A DNA stretch of 63,246 nt, counting the filler, from Rhabdomonas costata (taxonomy: Eukaryota), in assembly GCA_019059605.1 (NCBI GenBank). It is 40 parts of 40 records of this genome, joined end to end, with 100 filler letters (N's around TTAATTAATTAA, not from the genome) between each part and the next. Parts side by side here need not be neighbours in the genome. Positions count along the whole stretch, not along the records: positions 1 to 1,479 come from JAHMHO010014772.1; positions 1,580 to 3,064 come from JAHMHO010014773.1; positions 3,165 to 4,644 come from JAHMHO010014774.1; positions 4,745 to 6,227 come from JAHMHO010014775.1; positions 6,328 to 7,811 come from JAHMHO010014776.1; positions 7,912 to 9,395 come from JAHMHO010014777.1; positions 9,496 to 10,979 come from JAHMHO010014778.1; positions 11,080 to 12,597 come from JAHMHO010014779.1; 32 more parts are not named here. One strand, 5' to 3'. Position 1 is the first letter of the stretch. Each line of letters begins with the position of its first letter. This document shows, piece after piece, positions 1 through 11,208 of this stretch. The notes beneath the pieces are model-generated. The model was given only the letters and a program-made list of their open reading frames with translations, was not told the DNA's origin and did no database searches. A program made the translations under genes and the position numbers.

Positions 1-79
1 TGTTGTGGGTGAAAAAAGAAAAGGGCATATTTGACGGTTCGGCATGGAAGTGAGCTTTGCGTGCGGAAAGCCGCGGTGA

Positions 80-1120
80 ACTTTGGAGTAAACCTCCGGT
101 CCTATCATACTTTCACGTAGGTACACAGTGCAAAGGCAAAGTTGTGGCAGTCAAGAACAGTCTTTTTGTTTGAAGATGACAGGGGTGCAGGGGTGTGTTT
201 CCAGCGCACGCCGTGCACCTTCAACCCTAGACATCAGGCGACCCAGTGGACGTCCTAATTTTGTACCGCTCAGCCCTAGAACGTGTGCTCTAACTGCTCT
301 GACAAAAGTCTCGGCTTGGGATGGAACCTACTGTTTGCAGATGACTGCAAATGCTTGGGAAAAGGCGGGCAGATGGCCGCAAATACCGCCCAGTTTTCGA
401 AAGGGACCAGCAAAAGACCGGGCTACGTTCAAAATCTGAAAACGTTTCCAAGAGCAACGCGGCGAGCAATATCCTGGGTCACGGACTCACTGCAGAGCAG
501 CGCTGAAACAACCTCACAGAAACCAACATCGCCTCAACCGCCAAAATGATCGTCTTTTGGACGGAAAAGGAATGCGCCGGGATGGGTCGGGATGTGTCGA
601 CCCCAAACGCATGCCAGACTTCTGGGACTACGCAGTTTCAGGAAACGCTGTTGGAAGAGCTGCGATGGCTGAATGAAAAGATAAATTGGCACAAGGTGCA
701 GCGGGAACCTGCGCCATGGCGTGGCCCACGCGGGCCTCTTCTGTCACCCCTGGTTGACAGTGCTGCGGAGACTGCGTGGATCCTGAAGAGAGAGAAGCCT
801 TTCCTAGCGCCCTCACCTGCAGCTCATAGCAAATCAAAACCTCACTACACTCTGAGGGGTGTTGGATGAGATGGCTCCACACCGCAAATCCTGCATCACA
901 GAGCAGGATAAGGCATTGCTTCAGATCAACAGCGCGTTGGAAGAGAATGTAAAGGAGCACCATGGGACGGTAGTGGCATCATATGTCAGAGTGATTTCCT
1001 CGTTACGGGAGAATATGCCGTGGCACACTTTCTCGAATCTCACTTTTGCGGTGCGACAGTATATAACACATTGTATCGTATGGCTGAAACGGTGATACGT
1101 CCTCGGTTATCATCGCCCTG
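80..1120 (+). mobile_element. Degenerate DIRS-like (tyrosine-recombinase retrotransposon type) reverse transcriptase-RNase H remnant
   Basis: Ordered motifs across frameshifts and stops: FGVNLRS/SYFHV (~DLxxAYFH), FLFEDDRGAGVCFQRTP, LLFADD, GYVQNLK, NILGHGL, LLEELRWL, then RNase H-like VDSAAETAW, HHGTVVASYVR and YITHCIVWL. Order and spacing resemble DIRS pol. Confidence 0.55.
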
Positions 1121-1479
1121 AGTTTGACTGCGCGAATCCAATCACACTCCCTGAAGTTATCTTTTCTTATTGAACGTCCAGGGGAACGTGCATCACTTCA
1201 GATCGTATATGCCCCGCCCAAACAGACGCGCACCGCGAGGCTTGCGAGTCACAAAGATGCCCTGGGGGTGAGCCCGGGCCCCCTCTGTAGCTGCCGCTGC
1301 CGCAGCGGCCGCCCCGCTCGTCGTGACGGAGGACGAACGGGAGCGCTGGTCGGCCAAAATGCACAGCTCTAAGACGCGTGCGGAGGGGGCAGGAAGGGTG
1401 AGCCAGTGGAGAGAAAGAGAATTTTCGTTTATTTGACCCATCGACGAATGTCCCCCCACCCCTACACGACACACCACAC

Positions 1480-1579
1480 NNNNNNNNNNNNNNNNNNNNN
1501 NNNNNNNNNNNNNNNNNNNNNNNTTAATTAATTAANNNNNNNNNNNNNNNNNNNNNNNNNNNNNNNNNNNNNNNNNNNN
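1480..1579. other. Artificial contig spacer N44-TTAATTAATTAA-N44 (first of 39, recurring about every 1.58 kb; last at 61663-61762)
   Basis: Identical 100-nt N-padded linker with stops in all six frames separating 40 similar-length contigs. Confidence 0.99.
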
Positions 1580-1856
1580 GGCGCAGGACTTTGGCGTACA
1601 GCTGGTCCTGGTCGGAGAGGAACGGGTGGCCCAGCAGGAGCTCCAGAGAAGCCGAAGAGAGGGTGTCGGGGAGAGTGGGCGGAGGCTGCGGGGCGAGGCT
1701 GAGACTGAGAGCTGCGAATTTGGCCTCCAGGTCGGTTTTGGAAGCTGCAACCTGGGACTGTAGCGCCAGGTGGCTTTGCTCCAGGCTTTGCTGGGAGGCC
1801 TGGATCTGCTGTACCGCCGACAGCAGTTGTTGGAGCAAGGCGGTGGGATCGGTCAT
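1580..1856 (-). CDS. N-terminal fragment of an unknown coiled-coil protein (gag-like?), truncated by the contig end
   Basis: ATG at 1856 after a T-rich tract; open frame MTDPTALLQQLLSAVQQIQASQQSLEQSHLALQSQVAASKTDLEAKF; GC3-rich codons; heptad pattern. Confidence 0.5.
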
Positions 1857-1991
1857 AGTAAAGAGTGAACACGTGCCACACAAACAAAAAAGTGAATCTG
1901 GAATGAGGTGGGTGGAAAAACAGCAGTTTATTCTAAGGCCTCGATGCGTTTGAAAACAAAGGTGCTCGAACTGACCTTGCTTTACTCTCAG

Positions 1992-2225
1992 CTGGACATC
2001 TTTGCCGTCGGGGTGATGGTGTACGTCATGCTGGGTGGTGCCTTTCCATTCACTGCACGACACCCGCAGACCTTGGCTAGCCAGATTCGCAAAGGGGTTG
2101 ACATCAGTGGACCCCGGTTTGACGCGGTCTCGGAGAACGCGCGGGAGTTCTGCCAGCTTCTGCTTAACTCCGACCGGCAATGCCGCCCCTCTGCGCAGGA
2201 TTGCCTGGAATTGAATTGGCTAAAG
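1992..2225 (+). CDS. Ser/Thr protein kinase (CaMK/CDPK-like) exon, subdomains IX-XI
   Basis: ctctcag| acceptor; LDIFAVGVMVYVMLGGAFPF...FDAVSENAREFCQLLLNSDRQCRPSAQDCLELNWL. The 3' boundary is uncertain (2225 or 2239). Confidence 0.9.
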
Positions 2226-3363
2226 GCCATTTTGGAGGGGTTGGAACGAATTCGGGGCGAACAAACCGAGAAAGCTCGAACGGAAAGGGGTCCCTCTCCA
2301 TCGGGTCATAAATCTAATAATCTAATCAATGTGATTCGGACGGTTCCGCCAGGTTGAGCAAGGGCGCCGCCTCAGCCGCTGCACCCCGGGGATAGAAGGT
2401 TACCTTCTCAAGAGTTGTTTTTTCGCCTCACCAGTGTCCACATGTCTTGTGGCCAAGTCCCCAGACTAAATTTCTCTCGCTTTACCAGCAAAGAATTTGT
2501 GCAAATTGCCGGGCAATTGCAGTTGGAAGGGAAGAACGTGTCCGACATGTGCAAACAGGAAATCACGGGAAATTCCCCGGTGCCACGTGAGACAACACTC
2601 CCGCCACAGCCAGGGCTCTGGAATCCACCGCTACGCCTCCTTTTTTATCACTACCGACTGTTCCAGCGCCTGCAGTTCCAGATAGCAAGTTCTGTCAAGT
2701 CCCATCACTGTAATGCTCCACGTGCCCAAGACCTGACAAAATTGCTGTATGACTTCCTGAAGCTCCGTTCCAAGGCAGCTGAAAAAAGCTTGTGCACGCG
2801 CCGAAATGTTTTCTGCCCTCTACCACGCGTGGGAGCCACACACAGCCACGCCCCTTCGCTCTTCTGACTACAGCAGTCTTCAGGGCCTGCGTTCTCACAT
2901 TGCAAGTCAGACGGAGGGCATCAGTAAAGCCGAATGGAACAGTGAGTGCACAACCCCAGCCCACTGCGGAAGCGTCATGTGCATAGCAAAGAGTGCCAGA
3001 GAGGAATGCCACGGGACCCTTACGGAGGGGCTCAATGAAACCCAACCCACCAAACACACCACACNNNNNNNNNNNNNNNNNNNNNNNNNNNNNNNNNNNN
3101 NNNNNNNNTTAATTAATTAANNNNNNNNNNNNNNNNNNNNNNNNNNNNNNNNNNNNNNNNNNNNATGTGGTGAGGCACCAACCCTCGTTCATATCCCCTC
3201 TCGGGTGCTCAGCTGGCGAGCAGCCAAAGTGGCTCTGGCTCACTGCCACTGTGACTTCGTCGAGTCTCTGAAGTTTGCGAGGCGCGCGACCTCTTGTTAC
3301 TTATTGTTTTGTTTCGGTCGCTGAACGCGGCAACTCGTGTGTTTGTGGTTGTGTGTGTACAAC

Positions 3364-3470
3364 CTTGCGGTGAGAGGGGCGAGCAGGTCACGGGTCGCCT
3401 GCCCGGGGGTGCCCCCCACGACGACCACCTGCAGGCACGGCTGTGAGCACACGTCTACCCCGACCAGCAA
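3364..3470 (-). CDS. Internal exon, possibly YyaL/SPATA20-like C-terminal region
   Basis: AG/GT-bounded GC-rich exon LLVGVDVCSQPCLQVVVVGGTPGQATRDLLAPLTAR. The family call is a weak resemblance only. Confidence 0.3.
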
Positions 3471-3804
3471 CTGTGTGCACGTGTGCGCGCGCAAAGAAAC
3501 ATCTTGCGGGGGGTGGCGAAGGACAAACGACAACATGACAAGAATCAAGCCTTTTAAATGTAAAAAGTAAAGTTAATCGGGTTCAGTTGATTGCAGCGTG
3601 ACCAGTGCATTCACAAAAATAGTATTTTTCACTCAATTTTTAAGCGTAATGGGTAAACATTCATTTTTTGCAAAACTCGAAATTTTTGGTGTTTCCCAAG
3701 ATTCTGAAAAAAAAAATCGGTAAAGAAATCAAAAACATTCGTAAAAGGAGTTTCTGCAGATCCCAGGGAACAGTGGAAATGAAATTGACGTTTTTTTTTT
3801 TCAG

Positions 3805-4028
3805 ACATTCACCGTGAGGCTATTCTGACTGCGATAGCGTCCGGAAAGCAAGCCAGTGAAGCCTCCTCCATTCCCCCCTGTGTGCGCGGGGCAAAGTCCG
3901 GCCTTCAGGTTCTTGGTGGTCTCTGTAAGCACTGCGATGGGCAATATCCGCCAACACTTTGGGACTTGCAGCAGAAGGCAACGAGAGGGCGATACGCAGC
4001 TAATCACCGATCGTTCACCAATGTGAAG
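3805..4028 (+). CDS. Putative exon of an unknown protein with a CxxC motif
   Basis: Strong T11-CAG acceptor and AAG|GTAAGG donor; open frame DIHREAILTAIASG...LCKHCDGQYP...FTNVK. Confidence 0.35.
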
Positions 4029-4960
4029 GTAAGGGAGGATACAACACAAAGTTGTACGACCTGAGTCACCGATCGAGGCTGAGCGGTCATCTGCTTCTTG
4101 CACCCCAGAAGCACCATCTTGGCCTGCGTCAGCAGCTCTGCACTCTGCAGGGTATTCCCTTTTGGGAGAAAGGCACAGGGGTATAGCGAGGGAGCAAAAT
4201 CGGAGAGGAAATGCTGCTCGAACTTCCAAGGCGACTGGATGTGTGTCGACCAGAAATCGCACCCTCCACTTGCCTGGCATTAAAGAAGTCGTTCAGAGGT
4301 TGTGGCAAACGAGCGGTGTACCCGCAGTACTGCCATAAGCAGCGTTGGCGGAAGGCAAGCATCAAAGGACGCAGGCTTGTTTAGGCCTTATGTTCTTCGC
4401 CTTCTTTCCGAGCCAAGTGGATAAATGGATGCTTCAATACTGTGATTATAGTGAAGAACACATGTAAGAAGGGAACTCAATCTTTATCTTTCTGCGATGG
4501 CCCGCTGTGCAGCACGTTGACGACAAAGCCTGGACTCCTTTGTATTCAAGCTGACGCTCTGACTAAGTCCTTTCTACCCCATTTGATTTTGCCGTGGTGA
4601 AAGCAAGGGTGAGGGTTCACAAACAAACCAAACACACCCACCACNNNNNNNNNNNNNNNNNNNNNNNNNNNNNNNNNNNNNNNNNNNNTTAATTAATTAA
4701 NNNNNNNNNNNNNNNNNNNNNNNNNNNNNNNNNNNNNNNNNNNNGTGTGTGTGTGACAGATTGACATTGGCAATGTGGCAGGCACCATAGCGGCATAAGG
4801 AAGGAATATCTCCTTGACGATCCAACGGAGACTCTAAGGATAGCATTCGATTCACTTCATTGCGCCTTTTCACTGCAATTGCAAAGACTTTGGACCAATT
4901 CGTTGCATCAGTAGCAACTGGGAACATAACCAAAGAATGCACAGGAACGGATGCGCGTAC

Positions 4961-5229
4961 AGTTGTCGCAGTGGGTGCCGTTCCAATAGCCTTCCGTGGC
5001 GGAGGTGTGGCAAGTGCACAGGCCCGTCCCTGAGGACCCGTCGTCGCAATCCCCTTGAGTCCCACAGTTGCAAGCCTGACTGCAGCTAAGGCCGAAGTAG
5101 TCCGGCAGGCAGGTGCAGACCCCAGTCCCACCAGAGCCGTCGCTGCAGGTACCATGGCTGGAGCACGCTGCCGTACCCGCGCCGCCGGGGCACTTCTGTT
5201 CGCAAGTCGCGTTCCAGTATCCCGGCTTG
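4961..5229 (-). CDS. EGF/laminin-EGF-like repeat surface protein exon
   Basis: AG/GT-bounded exon: KPGYWNATCEQKCPGG...CSSHGTCSDGSGGTGVCTCLPDYFGLSCSQACNCGTQGDCDDGSSGTGLCTC...GYWNGTHCDN. Confidence 0.9.
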
Positions 5230-5711
5230 CTGGAGCACAGCAGAACAATGCCCGCAAAAACAACAATCAATGAGAAGCCGAGAAGCCCAGGGAATGGTGC
5301 AAATTAGTTTGTGGAGGTGCACAGATACATTACGGAAAGCACTGAGAGCACTGTGTGCCTGAATTCTTGATGTAGAATTCCGCTCCGTCAAAAGTCTGCC
5401 CAAAGCTAGCCTACAGTTGTTCTCTTATCGCTGTTCTGGGGGCTCTACCAGGTGGGCCTATCAAGCCTCTTCTGCCGACCTCCGGAAACTCACCAATAGT
5501 CGGGGGCCTCATCGGAAATGGGGGGCGGAATAGGACCACTTCCTTAGGCTCAAATCCTCGCCCTATTCGCTGGGTGACATCGCCATGGTCACTTCCGGAC
5601 CAGACCGGACCGGACCGGAGACCTAACATTGACCTCATAACACGAGCTAGTGTGACGGATTGGGGCTCATATTTGGTGGTATGATATGGAATGGTGGTAC
5701 TTCTGAGATGA

Positions 5712-6095
5712 GTTGGTTGGCCGCTTCCTGGCCTCGGGCTCCTTGTCTACGCCGAGATATGTCCCTTCAAGGTCCCAATTTGGCCCTTTTAAGGACATTT
5801 TCCACTTCGAAATTCTTAAGGGCCTGGGGTGCAATTTGGGAGCTTTGCAGGCATGCATACTGAGCTTAAGCTTTCGGCCGAGCCTGCCTAGCATAAGTAC
5901 TTCATGCTGGCACCCGGGTGAGCCCGAATGTTTCGATTAGAGCCACGCTAGAGGCCATTTAAGGGCCCTTTCTGCTTTTACAAAGGCTTGGAAGGACCTT
6001 TTGTTTTTGCACTGGCTTTACATCAGGCTTGGGTTTTGATAAGAAAGAACTGTAGGCAGGCACACCATCCGCCCACCTGCACGCCGGCGTGCCAG
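5712..6095 (+). repeat. Dispersed repeat family, copy 1 (homologous to 53328-53755, opposite strand)
   Basis: Collinear similarity over ~400 bp with substitutions and indels. Shared blocks include gttggttggccgcttcc, agtacttcatgctgg, ttgcactggctttacatc and cacctgcacgcc. Confidence 0.9.
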
Positions 6096-6704
6096 GAACG
6101 ATTTGTCAATGATTGTTACTTGAGGGTCAGACTGTCGCCATCCGTTCCCTTCTTCCTCGCTCACACAGAGGTGGCACAACCGCAAACCGCCGCGGAAACA
6201 ACGATAGCGACAGTCTGACCCCCAAAANNNNNNNNNNNNNNNNNNNNNNNNNNNNNNNNNNNNNNNNNNNNTTAATTAATTAANNNNNNNNNNNNNNNNN
6301 NNNNNNNNNNNNNNNNNNNNNNNNNNNTTGTGGTGGGGGGCATAAATGCACTAGCGCCCATCCCCCTGGTCAATTCCAAAAGGTTGCCACTCCATCCTCA
6401 CAAATCCGTGTATGAGAGCCCATGGTCATAGGGTACCATGACCATTGGGGACCATGGGTTGCACGCACCGAAGGCCCCAAGTGCATTCCAAAATACTGCT
6501 ATTCAAAAGCGGATAACATAACAGTCAGAAATAACTCAAGCAGACTCTCACCCAAACTCCTAATCCTCACCCACCCCATATTTTTTGTTCCGTTAGTTGC
6601 GGGAAAACCACTCGCTTCTTTTGCAGGGGTTTAGTTTCTTTCTTTAGTCTCTCAGCTTTTCAGCCCACATGATTGAGACCAGCATCATGGTCTAATATCT
6701 GTAG

Positions 6705-6917
6705 GTGCAACGACCCCTCCGTCTTCTACAAGCAGAACTGCACGGACTCGTTCGTGGACTCTGCGAATCGCACCGTGGCCCGACAGTGGGAGCGTCCCAG
6801 CCTGTTTGGGTTTGACAACTTGGGGGTGTCGCTGCTGTCCCTGATCTACGTCGCCCTGGGAAACCGCTGGACCATCTTTATGTTCGACACCATCGACTCC
6901 ACGGGGCCAGACTCGGG
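6705..6917 (+). CDS. Voltage-gated Ca/Na-type four-domain channel, domain III-like extracellular and pore-loop exon
   Basis: AG/GT-bounded: CNDPSVFYKQNCTDSF...RQWERPSLFGFDNLGVSLLSLIYVALGNRWTIFMFDTIDSTGPDSG matches the FDNxGxxxLxLF..W..M...D pore-loop pattern. Confidence 0.85.
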
Positions 6918-9900
6918 GTAGTTGTCCACCTCCTCTGCCCCCGCACACGCACTCACCCAGTACACGTGCCGTGCACGCGGTGGAAGCGGGCGAGGTGGAA
7001 GTGACATGTACCATTGGGCCCACACCAATATTTGGGCTGAAGGGAAAGGGACAGCTTTTCGTTCGAGCCTCGGAAGGGGGAGGCTGAGATTCTTTTTGTG
7101 AAGCAAGCAACCCAAACGAGTCCATCTCTGCCCGGAAGTTGTGGGAACCTACACACCTCTGGGGTGACTGTATGTCATAATCCCCTTGCCCTGGCTGAAA
7201 TCGAGAGCTAGAGGCGAGCTATCGAGAGGTACCCCCCCTGGCCTAGACCAACCTATTGGCCATGTTATCTCATCACGACCGTTTACCCCGAACCCCCCAA
7301 AAGGCCTGCGGCCCGGCTAGGAGAAAGGTACACACACACCAGTCCACCAGGCCAGCGCGCAATGCCCCCAACACACAGGCCTGGTTCGGCTTAGCCCTCT
7401 CACACGCTGAGGTTCTGATTTCGTGTGTGGATGGTGACTGGGGTTGGATTGGGTTCGGCCCGCCGCAGTTGTGCGCATCTCGTCATTGACCCAGTCATTT
7501 GTCAACTCATGCCTGTGCAGCGCGGCTCGATTTGGCTTGCGCTCACGTACACGTCTCTTATGGGTACTTTATATCCAAATATGGCTCGAGTCATAAGAGG
7601 GGGAGCGGTATGTGTCATGATATGCTTGGCGGATGAAGTGCCTGGATTCCTGTATATACATCAAAAAAAAAACTGAAGAAGTGGAGTGCTTACTGTGTTC
7701 GCAGGTATGAAACAGACCACAGCCCCGGGCGCGCGGCGTTCTTCGCCATCTTCCTGGTCTTCGGGCGGTTTTTTTTTTTGATGTATCTACAGGAATCCAG
7801 GCAAACACCCCNNNNNNNNNNNNNNNNNNNNNNNNNNNNNNNNNNNNNNNNNNNNTTAATTAATTAANNNNNNNNNNNNNNNNNNNNNNNNNNNNNNNNN
7901 NNNNNNNNNNNTGTGGGTGTGTTTGGGGTTGTTGTGGGGTGTGTTTGGTTTGTTTGGTAGCAGAGCAGAGAAGAGCAGAGAAGAGCAGAGAAGAGCAGAG
8001 CAGAGAAACAGCGTGCTTTGTTCGTCCGCAGAAAGTCTCCTTCCTTTACTGAGCTTTGGGAGCGCGTAGGGCCATTCTGGAAACCACCCCAAAGAGATGG
8101 ACGGATGATGACCGGGAGAAAGGAAAGAACCCGCCCTCCTCAGTGCTGGTGGAGCCGCTGTCGGCATGCACATTTCGGGACAAATGAATATGATCATGGC
8201 AACACCGCCCAATGCATTGAAATCTTTTCGGATTCACCAGGAGCGCGGCAGAATGAGGAGCAAGAGGGGAGGCCAAAACGGTTCCCGCGCCAAAAGGTTT
8301 GCGCTAACCAAGGACGGGCTACTGACAATCAACGCGCCAATGAGCTTCCCCACAGGGCATGGAAAAAAGTTCTCCCACGCACAAATCACGGCCAATGGCT
8401 TAGCCAGCTGAGGTAAAGAGAGTTTTTCTTCCGTCGTAAGTGCTAGTGCACTCGAATCGAACTCACATTGGTATCCAACCCTCTCCCACCAACTCCAGCA
8501 ACCTAACGCCATAACGAAAGTCACTCAAGCAATGAGATCAGAGAAAAGACACCCACCCGGAAAAAAGTTCCCCAACCCATCCTTCCCTACCTCTGAATTT
8601 GCTTTTCCCTCGCCCGAGGCACACAAAGAAGGCATGATAGCAGCTCACAGGCCTCCGTCTCGTTGGTCTCCTATTTACCCAAAATTCCTTAAGCAAAAAA
8701 GTGCAATATTCTATTATTATTCTATTTTTAAATCAGGGGAGCTGGTGATGGAAAATCCCCATATTGGTTCCAATACTGGGACAATAGGGGTGTTAAACGT
8801 TTACTCCCTACACAATTTCCTGTGTTTCGGAGAACCTAACGAGCACAGGGGTTAGCAAAACTCTTTTCTCACTAATTGAAAGGGGTCACGATAAATGTGT
8901 CACTGTACCCGAGATGTCGATCCTTTTTTAAGTTTCAAATGCTCGACCGATTTACGCGTTTAAACAGTGTGTATTGCCCCCCCCCCAATACGGCAGCCGC
9001 CAACGTTTGCAAGTGATATTAGCGCATTCAGCTCATGAGAGCTTTCAATACCATTCAAACCAAAACCGAAAGCCGACGCGTTTCCCGAATTAAGCCAGTA
9101 ATGTCAACCTGTTCCAGAAATTCCGCATTCCGACCACAACCACTTTCCTTTTTTGGCGACGAGCTGCTTTCAAGAGATGAGACAGCAAAAAGGGCGGGGG
9201 GAGATTCCACTTACGGTTTCCCACCAGCCTTCTCCATCTCCGAGACCAGGGTGTCGATCTTGCGGAACTGCGCAGTCCTGAAACCAGCGAGTAAACCAAA
9301 AGATGCTGCGAGTCAGACGACAAACCATGCAGGATTGTAATCTGACAATGCAAATTTTGATATGTGTCATTCCTTCCAAAACGTATGAGAACGCANNNNN
9401 NNNNNNNNNNNNNNNNNNNNNNNNNNNNNNNNNNNNNNNTTAATTAATTAANNNNNNNNNNNNNNNNNNNNNNNNNNNNNNNNNNNNNNNNNNNNGTTGG
9501 TGGTGCAGGTGAGGGCGTATGGGGTGGGGTGGTTGGCCGTGGGTATGGAGGGTCTTGGATGGTACCCCCTGTGGTGTCTAGGTGTCTAGGGTGCCTTGGT
9601 GCAGGTAAGCCCACTGGGGTAGACAATCCCATGGGGGCATTTAAGGGTAGGCATGCCCCTGGATACCCCCTGCACCCTTCCCGCATTATCACCGCCAGTC
9701 TGTCACTTTGTCACTACAAGCATGCGAGAGGCGTTCCAGCATCCACACATACCCATGCATCAAGTCGAGTGAACGCGCAGCGGCACCAGATAAACCGCGG
9801 GTAAAGGAATTCACGGTGAGAGACAGAGCTAAGCAAGGGACCACATCGACACACACAAATCGTCAGTGCTTATGAAAGAAAACGTTGGTAGTGTTGGGTA

Positions 9901-10263
9901 ACTTGATTTTTGAACGCACGGTATCTAACACCGCAAGAATGTAAGGTGAACTCTGAGCTGAGCAGCTGACTGGTCTGATGAGTTACTGAAGTGACTGGCG
10001 TTTCGTTTCCCCCGGCGAAGTCGTTGGATCGTCATCAGCAAGGCACCATCTCTGCCTCTGCCTTGTGGACGCTCTTCGCCAGGTTCTTTGCAACTGTGTG
10101 GGTGAGGTCGGCTTTTGATGGGTCCCTTCCTATTTGAACTTGGAGGATGAATCGGGTTTTTCGGGCTCTGAGATGGGATGCGCGAGGTGCGAAATGACGG
10201 GGTGAAGGTAACCAGGGGCTCTGGTAGAGGTGGGGGGATTGTAAAAGGAAGAGAGAGAGAGAC

Positions 10264-10470
10264 CACGGCGAATTTCAGGGTGCGAAGCCGAGTTAGGACG
10301 ACAGTCAGGGTCTTGATGCGGCGGATGAAGAAGAAATACAGCAGCACGAGGCACAGGATGGCCATTCCGATAACGATGCCCATTCCAGACAGACCGGCCT
10401 GCAGCAGCCCCCGCATGAGGCTGCCGTACACGTCATCGTAGGCCACAAACACCAGACAGTAGATGGGGGA
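10264..10470 (-). CDS. Transmembrane plus HAMP-like exon of a receptor-type cyclase or sensor protein
   Basis: 207-nt phase-0 AG/GT exon SPIYCLVFVAYDDVYGSL...IVIGMAILCLVLLYFFFIRRIKTLTVVLTRLRTLKF: a hydrophobic helix followed by an amphipathic HAMP-like start. Confidence 0.55.
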
Positions 10471-11156
10471 CTGCAGGTGCGGACCACATGACGTAAGGTG
10501 ACAACAAGAATAAAAATGACCTAAAAATTACCAGGGGCAACGAGGGTGACGACGTGTCCGGTAGTATCTTGTCCCAAGATGTCCCAGGATGTCCAGGAGG
10601 TTGCACAGCGAAGCGGAAGGTCTGTGCTCTGCATTTTCTGGTACCTGACAACTTCCACAACGTGGGCGCAGCTGTCTGCACCCGGACCTCCACACGAGCA
10701 GTCGCGGGGCACCGCCTATGCTGCGGTTTACTCTGCGGTTGACCCGCGTTTCTTTTTCTGATGTCCTACGTCCCGGTCACCTTTTGCACCAGGATCATAT
10801 CGGCTTTCCATCGGCTACGATTCGCCACCCCTTTTCCTTGAGCCACATTCGCCCCACACTCCCTCGGCGGCGCAGGCACAACAAGCTCAGCAGCTAACCT
10901 CAACCGGTGCAGATCTCCAAAAGGAGTCCGAGAATCCAGCGCTACACACAGCCCCTAAACCTGACCAAGAACCACACACNNNNNNNNNNNNNNNNNNNNN
11001 NNNNNNNNNNNNNNNNNNNNNNNTTAATTAATTAANNNNNNNNNNNNNNNNNNNNNNNNNNNNNNNNNNNNNNNNNNNNGTGAACGCGCCAAAAAACCAA
11101 CAGGTGTGCAGAACAAGCAGCACAAGGACACGCCACAGCACACCGCGCCAAGGCGC

Positions 11157-11158
<2 letters not shown>

Positions 11159-11206
<48 letters not shown>
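11159..11206. repeat. (TG)n microsatellite; others at ~16325-16346, ~33122-33159, ~58013-58071, ~58243-58265, and (GA)n at ~35092-35112
   Basis: Directly visible dinucleotide runs. Confidence 0.97.

Positions 11207-11208
<2 letters not shown>

Noticed and set aside
2226..2352. Possible GC-AG or non-conventional intron after the kinase exon
   Set aside because: A conventional GT donor at 2240 can use the same acceptor; this cannot be decided without transcripts.
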